Assembly: GCA_964584895.1 (NCBI GenBank)
Contig: CAZPAW010000002.1
Location: 194,748-258,747 of the forward strand
DNA length: 64,000 bases
Direction: 5' to 3'
Source of the DNA: an uncultured Candidatus Saccharibacteria bacterium
GTDB lineage: Bacteria; Patescibacteriota; Saccharimonadia; Saccharimonadales; JAGQNJ01
The notes beneath the pieces were generated by a model. The model did not search any database and was not told where the DNA came from. It saw only the letters and a list, made by a program, of their open reading frames with translations. Below, in pieces: positions 55,873 to 63,098 of this stretch. The translations under genes were made by a program, and so were the position numbers. The first letter of the stretch is position 1; the number at the start of each line of letters is the position of its first letter.

Positions 55873-57052
55873 CGAGAGAACTCTCGTCGGGGTCCCTTTT
55901 TTCGAAAAAGAAGGACAGGATTGTTTGGACGTAACCCTTCAGAACATAAATAGATGTCTTGCGACACTTGCCATCGATGCCGTTGTAGTCGTACAAGTAA
56001 ATGGTCCTGAAACGGCTAGTGGTCATAGTGTTTCACTCACAGCGAATACGAGTCAACTTAATGCTGAAGTCGAGATATTGGAAAGCGATAGAGTCGGTCA
56101 AGCACACGCAGTTGACGATCTTATAGAAATCGCCAAATCAAGAGGAATACAACGTGCATTTTTGACAGACGCCGATATATATCGCTTCCCGGACTCAATG
56201 CGAAACATGTGGGATTCTCAAAGTTGTGCTGTGGTTGGAGCAAGTTACCGGCCATACCCAATTGAAGTAGTTGAGGCACAGTTCGGTAGGCTAAACCTAG
56301 AAGAGAGACTACTTTATCAGATATTTGACGGTGATCAATCTCCGACCATACGTAGATCGATGGGTGAATATGGAATTCATAAACAAAATCGAGTAAAAGC
56401 ATCATTGATGCTTGTTGATGTGGACGAAACTACTGGCATGCATGACGGGCAAGACATCACGACTGACAGTGTAATGAATAGAATGCTGGGTCAAACTAAG
56501 ACTTCAGTAGCTACCGATGCTTTCTTTATGCACATGGGGCGTGTTGACATGACTGATCATATACAAGCGCGGCTTCGTCATTTTATGGCAGCTGCTGCAA
56601 GGGAAGAGCTGAACACCTTTCTTGACCAAGAGTTCCAGCTTCCGAAGGTGGATCTAATGGATGCCATCGCACAAAACGTAAGAGACCATGAACCCGATGG
56701 TGATTTTATAGCAATGCTATACCTCTCAAGGTGTGCTGTACGTGAAAAAGTTAATAGCATTTGTCTTGATATCGCATCTGGGGAATGGGACCAATCAAAG
56801 CTAGGCGAGGTTGACCCTATTAGCATGCAAGACATAAAAAACTATGCGGATGCTTGTCGCGCGATATCTCGTTTCTTCGTAGACATTGATTGGGGTTTAA
56901 TTGAAGGCTTAAAGGATGGCCCACCCCCAGTAACTCAAGAACGATTACGTCAGCCTTTTGATGTGGAAAAAATTATGTCGGATCATAATCTATTACAAAT
57001 TGCGTTAGATAGTTTTGGCTTTGTTTCGGGAGCATCATTAAGTCTTTCTTGA
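55865..57052 (+). CDS. putative GT-A-fold glycosyltransferase-like protein
   Basis: 395 aa. LVGVPFFEKEG at the N-terminus and a FLTDADIYRF DxD-like motif. GGAG Shine-Dalgarno upstream. Weak assignment. Confidence 0.4.
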   Translation: MISERTLVGVPFFEKEGQDCLDVTLQNINRCLATLAIDAVVVVQVNGPETASGHSVSLTANTSQLNAEVEILESDRVGQAHAVDDLIEIAKSRGIQRAFLTDADIYRFPDSMRNMWDSQSCAVVGASYRPYPIEVVEAQFGRLNLEERLLYQIFDGDQSPTIRRSMGEYGIHKQNRVKASLMLVDVDETTGMHDGQDITTDSVMNRMLGQTKTSVATDAFFMHMGRVDMTDHIQARLRHFMAAAAREELNTFLDQEFQLPKVDLMDAIAQNVRDHEPDGDFIAMLYLSRCAVREKVNSICLDIASGEWDQSKLGEVDPISMQDIKNYADACRAISRFFVDIDWGLIEGLKDGPPPVTQERLRQPFDVEKIMSDHNLLQIALDSFGFVSGASLSLS

Positions 57053-57132
57053 TTTCATCCCTAGCGGATGACAAGACACTTCTCACTATAGGCATTTTGA
57101 GTCTCATTTGTACCATTTTACCCCCGATAAAA

Positions 57133-57157
57133 GGTCCGTGACCTGTATGTTGAGCCA
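57133..57157 (+). repeat. tRNA-3'-end-like att copy
   Basis: GGTCCGTGACCTGTATGTTGAGCCA followed by AGCATAAGC. Confidence 0.6.
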
Positions 57158-57212
57158 AGCATAAGCGTTTTGAGGAAGATGCTAATCAGCCTCTTTTTGT
57201 TATCATAGACTT

Positions 57213-57953
57213 ATGAAGTTTCTACAGTGGAATATTTGGTATAAAGAAAAAGCAGACAACATTGTCGAACTAATCAAGAAGCTCAACCCCGATGTAGTCT
57301 GCCTCCAAGAACTAGCTATCGGCCCGCACGTTAACCCGGGCATTCCTGATGTTGCTCAGTACATAGCCGAAAAGACGGGTCTACATTATTATTTTGAGGA
57401 AGCTCAGCGATGGGCGGGCGATGATGAGATGGATGCTATCGGTAATGGGATATTCACTAAGCGCCCGATTACTCGACGCTTCGCAAAACATGTGCAAGCA
57501 CCAACTGAAGACTTCACTGATTACGCTCATGAGGGACGCATTTATGTTGAATGTGATATCGAGATAAATGGAAAGACTATTACAATTGGTACAGCCCATC
57601 TCTCTTACACGCACCGATTTGAGATTACAGAAGAAAAGAAAGCAGAAGTAGATAACCTATTAGCTATTGTTGGCACGCATAAGCAAAACTTCATCTTCTC
57701 TGGCGACCTCAACTCCGAGCCAACATCGTACACTATCCAAAAATTATCGAAACTCCTTCAAAGCTGTGGCCCAAATTTTTCACAAAATACCTGGACAACC
57801 AAACCATTCGAGCACCAAGGCTTTAAAGCTAGCACCCTCGACTGGCGGCTCGATTACGTTTTCGCTTCTGAAGATATCAAATGTAGTTCAGCTGAAATTA
57901 TTAGTACGGATTACTCAGACCATCTCCCGATACTAGTGAATGTTGAACTGTAA
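57213..57953 (+). CDS. endonuclease/exonuclease/phosphatase (EEP) family protein
   Basis: 246 aa. MKFLQWNIW, VVCLQE and a C-terminal SDHLPILVNV. TATCAT box lies 6 nt before the ATG. Confidence 0.8.
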   Translation: MKFLQWNIWYKEKADNIVELIKKLNPDVVCLQELAIGPHVNPGIPDVAQYIAEKTGLHYYFEEAQRWAGDDEMDAIGNGIFTKRPITRRFAKHVQAPTEDFTDYAHEGRIYVECDIEINGKTITIGTAHLSYTHRFEITEEKKAEVDNLLAIVGTHKQNFIFSGDLNSEPTSYTIQKLSKLLQSCGPNFSQNTWTTKPFEHQGFKASTLDWRLDYVFASEDIKCSSAEIISTDYSDHLPILVNVEL

Positions 57954-57958
57954 ATACA

Positions 57959-57987
57959 GTTCAAACTTCCGTCACTACCGAGAGCCA
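57959..57987 (+). repeat. tRNA-3'-end-like att copy
   Basis: GTTCAAACTTCCGTCACTACCGAGAGCCA. A second, degenerate copy (GTTCTGACTTTTTGCATACCCAGAGTAG) lies 35 nt downstream at 58023-58050. Confidence 0.6.
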
Positions 57988-58127
57988 AGGTTAGAAAGTA
58001 AAAAGCCTGAACCGTTAATTCAGTTCTGACTTTTTGCATACCCAGAGTAGAGTTGAAACCGTGTTTGTAAATGCTTATGCTTCGATATTAACCCAGCGTA
58101 AAGTAAAATTACTTCAAGGAGAAAAAC

Positions 58128-59300
58128 ATGAATTTTAGTGTAGGAGAAACAATTACAATACCGAGTCCAATAGACGTACACGCTCATTTGCGTGAACCAG
58201 GCGGAGAAACCAAAGAGACAATCGAAAGCGGAACGCATGCTGCTTTAATGGGTGGTTATCAAGCAGTGTTTGATATGCCTAACAACCCTAATGGTATGCA
58301 GACTTGGAGTGAGGAGCGAATTGACCAGAAAGTTGACATCGCCAAAAGTGACGCACATACACACATTGGTTTTTATGCAGGAGTTAATCTTGAAGAACCT
58401 GCACTGGAAGAATTTTCTGGAATGGTCACAAAAGCAGCAGGTCTTAAAATATACATGGGTCACACTACGGGCAATGTGAAAGAGCACGACCTTGAAGTTG
58501 CACGACCCTCTATTGACGCTTGGATTAAAGCAACTAGAGCTTCTGGTCAGGACGCAAATCCTCCAATCCTCCTTCATGCAAGAGAGGGTGTTGGAGAAGA
58601 GACGGCTGAATATATTGCAAGCCAAGGTTATCCTGTGCATTGGTGTCACCTATCAACCAATACGGAGGCACAAAGTGCTGGTAAATTGACAAGTCTTTAC
58701 CCTGAGTTTTTCACGGCTGGCGTTACTCCACATCACTTAACAATGACCGATAGAGACGCTGATTTTAAGTATGGTTGGAATGGTGCCAGAATGATGCCAC
58801 CACTTGGTAAAGAAGTAGATGGAGACGCCCTTTTGAGTGCTTTTAATAAGGGTCAGATTCAGATTCTAGAAACAGACCACGCACCACATACAGCAGAAGA
58901 CAAACAACGAGCCGAGGAAGAAAACCCCGAAGGACACGATAGAGTTGACTGCACAACGTGCTTTGGGGTTAGTGGCATAGAATTTGTGCTGCCGGTTATG
59001 ATGAGTCTAGTTCAAAGAAATAAGCTCTCAATGGATCGACTAGTAGAGGGTTTGTACAACGAACCAGCAAGAATGCTCGGTATTGTTGCGACTGGGCGTG
59101 CTAGTACAGAAATTGTTATCAGACCTTATGAGATTGGCGGTGATGATAGACAAGGAATGAGTCGCAATAATCCGTATGTTGGTTGGACTGCATGGGGCAG
59201 AGTTAGTAAAGTTACGATTGACGGAAACGTCAAACAAGACAACGGTAGGTATGCCCAAAAAGGGGGCAATAGAATTTTAAGGGCGGGAGCGGAGGTTTAA
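58128..59300 (+). CDS. pyrC: dihydroorotase-like amidohydrolase
   Basis: 390 aa. IDVHAHLREPG (HxH), FDMPN and ETDHAPH. AAGGAGAAAAAC Shine-Dalgarno region upstream. Confidence 0.8.
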   Translation: MNFSVGETITIPSPIDVHAHLREPGGETKETIESGTHAALMGGYQAVFDMPNNPNGMQTWSEERIDQKVDIAKSDAHTHIGFYAGVNLEEPALEEFSGMVTKAAGLKIYMGHTTGNVKEHDLEVARPSIDAWIKATRASGQDANPPILLHAREGVGEETAEYIASQGYPVHWCHLSTNTEAQSAGKLTSLYPEFFTAGVTPHHLTMTDRDADFKYGWNGARMMPPLGKEVDGDALLSAFNKGQIQILETDHAPHTAEDKQRAEEENPEGHDRVDCTTCFGVSGIEFVLPVMMSLVQRNKLSMDRLVEGLYNEPARMLGIVATGRASTEIVIRPYEIGGDDRQGMSRNNPYVGWTAWGRVSKVTIDGNVKQDNGRYAQKGGNRILRAGAEV

Positions 59301-59302
59301 TT

Positions 59303-60283
59303 ATGGCAAATGCAGAATATGCTGTTGCAGGAGTAGAGCTAGAAGCACCATTACTCAATGCAGCAGGTTCTATAAATGGTCCTAACGCAGAGGGTCTACT
59401 TCGCGAAGTTGATTTACTAGCGAATACAGGTATTGGGGCTATCACTGTGGGTTCATTCACCATTCCACGACAAGAGGGAAACGAGGCAAAGTACGGAAGT
59501 CCTACTTATTACCATGATTCTACCGAGGGTAAAACATATAACTCAATGGGTTTGCCAAATATCGGTATAGAGGAGGCACTAGCTTTAGCTCCTGCTGTGC
59601 TTAGTCGCTCCCATGACAAAGGGAAGCCAGTAGTATTTAGTGGATCACCGACCGTCTCTCCTGAAAGCGGTAGTTCTGTAGAGCAAGCACGCAATTTAGT
59701 TTATGAATTCCTGCAAACGGGAGCTGACTTAGTAGAACTGAACGTCTCATGTCCTAATGTGGTTACAGAGGGTGGTGGCAGAAAACCAATAATGGGTTAC
59801 GACTTAGAAAGTATGGCTGAGCTTGTTGACGTTCTAGCGTCAGAAGTTGGTGAAGGACAACGAATTGGCGTTAAGCTACCACCTTATGTTTCCGATGAAG
59901 AAAAGCTGTTAATTCCTGATGTGGCTAAGATTTTACGAGCTAAGAATGTATTCAGTTTCTTAGTGACAGCCAATACAATTCCAAACCAGATTGCTCGAAA
60001 CGCAGACGGCGATCCTATTCTAACCGTTCCAAATGGTGCAGGTGGTATGAGTGGTCCAGCCACAAAAGAGGTTGGTCGTGAGCAATTGAAAATGTGGTAC
60101 GAACAAATGGGTGATAGGTTGGATATTGTCAGTGCATTGGGTGTTGATAGCGGGCAAGAAGTACAAGTAAGACGCTCACTTGGTGCTGTTGCGGCAAAGG
60201 GCGTCACATTCTTATGGGAGAGTGATAATTGGGCTTCCAAAGTTTCTAGCGTGTTGTACGAATACGCTGGCGCAATAGAGTAA
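59303..60283 (+). CDS. pyrD: dihydroorotate dehydrogenase, class 1-like
   Basis: 326 aa. LLNAAGS, ELNVSCPN (Cys active-site loop) and GGMSGPA. GGAGG Shine-Dalgarno upstream. Confidence 0.8.
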   Translation: MANAEYAVAGVELEAPLLNAAGSINGPNAEGLLREVDLLANTGIGAITVGSFTIPRQEGNEAKYGSPTYYHDSTEGKTYNSMGLPNIGIEEALALAPAVLSRSHDKGKPVVFSGSPTVSPESGSSVEQARNLVYEFLQTGADLVELNVSCPNVVTEGGGRKPIMGYDLESMAELVDVLASEVGEGQRIGVKLPPYVSDEEKLLIPDVAKILRAKNVFSFLVTANTIPNQIARNADGDPILTVPNGAGGMSGPATKEVGREQLKMWYEQMGDRLDIVSALGVDSGQEVQVRRSLGAVAAKGVTFLWESDNWASKVSSVLYEYAGAIE

Positions 60284-60352
60284 TGCAATAACCAGTCAAT
60301 TTAAACTGATCGACACCTAATTGTAAGCTAAATCTTTCTTAATTGCAGTTAT

Positions 60353-60376
60353 AACTTCCTCTATGGTTGTGAGCCA
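60353..60376 (+). repeat. tRNA-3'-end-like att copy
   Basis: AACTTCCTCTATGGTTGTGAGCCA followed by AGTATAAGC. Confidence 0.55.
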
Positions 60377-60432
60377 AGTATAAGCTTTATTAGCAAAGAG
60401 GTAGAAATACCGCTATTTGCTATCATAAGTTC

Positions 60433-60921
60433 ATGGCTAAGAAAAACTATCTTGTTGAAGGCGTATCGGGGACTGGCAAAACCTCTGTTGCTGAAGATCT
60501 AACCAGGCGTGGCTATAAAGTTGTCCATGGTGACCGGGAGTTAGCTTATGTCGGTGATCCTCAAACAGGCGAACCGATAGAGAACGGGGAGCATGAAAAC
60601 TGGCTTTGGGATGTTAAAAAGGTCAAAAAGCTAGTCGAGGACAAGGATGACAAAGTATTATTCTTTTGTGGTGGCTCAAGAAACTTCAAGCAATTTATTC
60701 ATCTCTTTGACAACGTATTTATACTAGACGTCGACAATGAGACCTTACGTAAACGATTAGAAGCTCGCCCTGATGACGAGTGGGGTAATGAGAACGAAAC
60801 AGAGCTAGCTTTGCGACATAACCAAACTAAAGAAAGTATCCCGAGTGACGGTGTTATCATCGACGCCACCAAGCCACTCGCCATGGTTGTAGATGAAATC
60901 ATAAGTTTATCTGAAAAATAG
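60433..60921 (+). CDS. P-loop kinase-like protein (AAA/NMP-kinase fold)
   Basis: 162 aa. Walker A GVSGTGKTSV. TATCAT box lies 6 nt before the ATG. Confidence 0.55.
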   Translation: MAKKNYLVEGVSGTGKTSVAEDLTRRGYKVVHGDRELAYVGDPQTGEPIENGEHENWLWDVKKVKKLVEDKDDKVLFFCGGSRNFKQFIHLFDNVFILDVDNETLRKRLEARPDDEWGNENETELALRHNQTKESIPSDGVIIDATKPLAMVVDEIISLSEK

Positions 60922-60949
60922 TTCTGACTTCCGCAAACACCGAGAGCTA
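60921..60949 (+). repeat. tRNA-3'-end-like att copy
   Basis: GTTCTGACTTCCGCAAACACCGAGAGCTA followed by AGCATAAGC, then the hairpin GACCT-gcaa-AGGTC plus T5 (60966-60984). Confidence 0.6.
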
Positions 60950-61006
60950 AGCATAAGCGGTATGTGACCTGCAAAGGTCTTTTTCCTTATGAGGTATACT
61001 TAGGTA

Positions 61007-61360
61007 ATGTCAGAATCGCTGAAGCTTGCAAAAGATTACATTGGTAAAAATGTACGCGTTGAGGTTGATAGACCGCTAGGAAGCAAGCATCCAGAATATG
61101 ATTATGAGTATTTAGTGAACTATGGCTTTGTGCCAGGTACTAAAGCACCTGATGGTGAAGAATTAGACGCATATATACTTGGTATTGGTAAGCCACTACA
61201 GTCGTTTGAAGGTAAATGTATAGCAGTAGTTCACAGGAAAGATGATGACGACGACAAGTTAGTCGTTGTAGCCGAGGACAGCGAAGGCATCACTGACGAA
61301 GCGATTATAGGGCAGGTTCACTTTCAAGAATCATGGTTTAATTCTGTAATCGTAAGATAG
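61007..61360 (+). CDS. short inorganic-pyrophosphatase-like protein
   Basis: 117 aa. VDRPLGSKHP, NYGFVPGT and DGEELDAYILG resemble family I PPase core motifs (DGDPLD). TATACT box lies 6 nt before the ATG. Confidence 0.5.
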   Translation: MSESLKLAKDYIGKNVRVEVDRPLGSKHPEYDYEYLVNYGFVPGTKAPDGEELDAYILGIGKPLQSFEGKCIAVVHRKDDDDDKLVVVAEDSEGITDEAIIGQVHFQESWFNSVIVR

Positions 61361-61388
61361 TCCGAACTTCCAACACTACCGAGAGCCA
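61360..61388 (+). repeat. tRNA-3'-end-like att copy
   Basis: GTCCGAACTTCCAACACTACCGAGAGCCA followed by AGCATAAGC, then the hairpin GAGACC-tcatgag-GGTCTC plus T4. Confidence 0.6.
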
Positions 61389-61452
61389 AGCATAAGCAAT
61401 TTGAGACCTCATGAGGGTCTCTTTTAATTCTTCATGAGGTATACTTATTGGT

Positions 61453-61800
61453 ATGATTAACCAAACTTTTCAAGATGCAATCGATGCCACAAGACAATCT
61501 ATTACTCGCTTTCAAAAAATCGAAGGAAAACCGTGGGGTGTAGAAGGGGCAATTATAGAGCTTGCAAAACAAGTTGGCGATCTTGCAGCTTTAGTAATGA
61601 ACGAAGAGGGTTATTATTTCGCCAATAGGAATGAGCAAAGTGAGAAGTATGCATCATCGAAAGACAGTATTGCTGATGAGCTTGCTGACATCATGTTTGC
61701 CGTTGTGAGAATTGCAGACCACTACGGAATTGACCTGGTAGCAACGAATATAAAAACACGAAAAAAGGAAGATAAGTTTTTAAAAACAAAAGGCGTTTAA
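61453..61800 (+). CDS. MazG-like nucleotide pyrophosphohydrolase
   Basis: 115 aa, all-alpha. EGAIIELAKQVGDLA and ADELADIMFAVVRIADHYGIDL. Confidence 0.7.
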   Translation: MINQTFQDAIDATRQSITRFQKIEGKPWGVEGAIIELAKQVGDLAALVMNEEGYYFANRNEQSEKYASSKDSIADELADIMFAVVRIADHYGIDLVATNIKTRKKEDKFLKTKGV

Positions 61801-61803
61801 GAT

Positions 61804-62184
61804 ATGCTTACATACAAAGGAGTCCTCATTAGTCAGTCCGTAGTAAACCCTGAAAACATCCTCAAACTAGTCAACGTAATTTCTTCTCGTGATACAACCC
61901 TAGAAGGTGAGTCATTTCGTGGTAAGGTAAAGTTCCATAATCTTGAGGTTTCCGAAGATAATCTCTGGCCAGTACTTGAGCGTGTTGCCGATTCCATAAA
62001 ATCACCAGGTTGGTATTTTCACTTGGTAAACGAGGAGCGTCTCTATATCGTTATGTCCCAAGCTATTCTATTTGCTAGTGAAGATAATAAGGAGCTGCAA
62101 GCAATTGTTGATTACGCAGCTAGCCATGGCATACATCCCGACCAGCTAAATCTAAAACAATTGTTTGCAAACCCCTACGCATAG
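61804..62184 (+). CDS. hypothetical protein
   Basis: 126 aa. Starts 3 nt after the MazG-like stop. No family recognised. Confidence 0.45.
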   Translation: MLTYKGVLISQSVVNPENILKLVNVISSRDTTLEGESFRGKVKFHNLEVSEDNLWPVLERVADSIKSPGWYFHLVNEERLYIVMSQAILFASEDNKELQAIVDYAASHGIHPDQLNLKQLFANPYA

Positions 62185-62186
62185 AA

Positions 62187-62213
62187 GTTCGAATTTCCGC
62201 CCACCGAGAGCCA
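62187..62213 (+). repeat. tRNA-3'-end-like att copy (closest to a real T-loop)
   Basis: GTTCGAATTTCCGCCCACCGAGAGCCA, compared with the tRNA-Asn GTTCGAGTCCGACCCCGGGAGCCA. Confidence 0.6.
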
Positions 62214-62307
62214 AGCATTATCACTTCAGCTATTTAAAGGGTATCTTTTTGTTACAATAATGATTTCAAGTATTGTTTATTATACTTTTTTATGATATAA
62301 TTATACT

Positions 62308-62982
62308 ATGATTAAGACAGTTGCTAGTCGACGGCAAGCACATAAAGGGCCGACCACAAGCAGATGTGCAGATGCCCTTGTTGCGCGTTACGGGTTCGAA
62401 TCACTTGATGATATGGCAGCGAGTATCCCCGAAGAAGCTCACGTTCTTGATGTGGGTGCTGGCCTTTCTGACCTGGGTAACGAAGTTGCCAGTCGTAGGC
62501 CTGATATTCATTGGTTAAATCTTGACGCTTACTACAATTCTATTGGTCATGAATCAAATATGGGTTGGCGTTTTGATAGACTTACCACTACTGCACCTGA
62601 AAATGTTGAATATCTAAGTGGCTCTATACTCGACCTTGATGACTCTTTTAAGCATAGATGCTTTGCTCGAATTTTCAGTTACTATGTACTCCCGTATATC
62701 GCCCGAGGTAACCGTGGGAATGCTTTGATTGCCATGCATAACATGCGAGCAATTAGCTTACCCGGGGGAATTATAAGCATAGGCCCAATACCAGACGATT
62801 ACGACCCGGCAATTTCATTCATAGTCCCTCACGATGACCAACCATTCGATATCACTCCATTAACGCAAGCTGTTTGGTATCAGCAAGGCGAGCTAGATTA
62901 CGAGGGGGGTCTTACTTCAGATGCAGCTACAGCATTAATAGAAGATTATGGGGGCGGTGGAAAGCTCGTAGTTACAACCTAG
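62308..62982 (+). CDS. class I SAM-dependent methyltransferase
   Basis: 224 aa. Motif I VLDVGAGLSDLG. TATAAT box lies 6 nt before the ATG. Confidence 0.65.
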   Translation: MIKTVASRRQAHKGPTTSRCADALVARYGFESLDDMAASIPEEAHVLDVGAGLSDLGNEVASRRPDIHWLNLDAYYNSIGHESNMGWRFDRLTTTAPENVEYLSGSILDLDDSFKHRCFARIFSYYVLPYIARGNRGNALIAMHNMRAISLPGGIISIGPIPDDYDPAISFIVPHDDQPFDITPLTQAVWYQQGELDYEGGLTSDAATALIEDYGGGGKLVVTT

Positions 62983-63010
62983 TTCAGACATCAATCACCA
63001 CCAAGAGACA
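62982..63010 (+). repeat. degenerate tRNA-3'-end-like att copy
   Basis: GTTCAGACATCAATCACCACCAAGAGACA followed by AGTATAC. Confidence 0.45.
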
Positions 63011-63098
63011 AGTATACACACAGCCAGATAACTAAATGGTTTTGATTGGAATACAGTACAAATATTGATATATTTAATTTAGTAAAGTAAAAATAAAA

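Noticed and set aside
53804-63010. Classical integron
   Set aside because: No IntI-type tyrosine recombinase is adjacent. The sites lack the attC R''/L''-L'/R' structure and the GTTRRRY core (they read GTTCNGAC...GAGCCA). Each cassette has its own promoter. If recombination-based, this is a different system.
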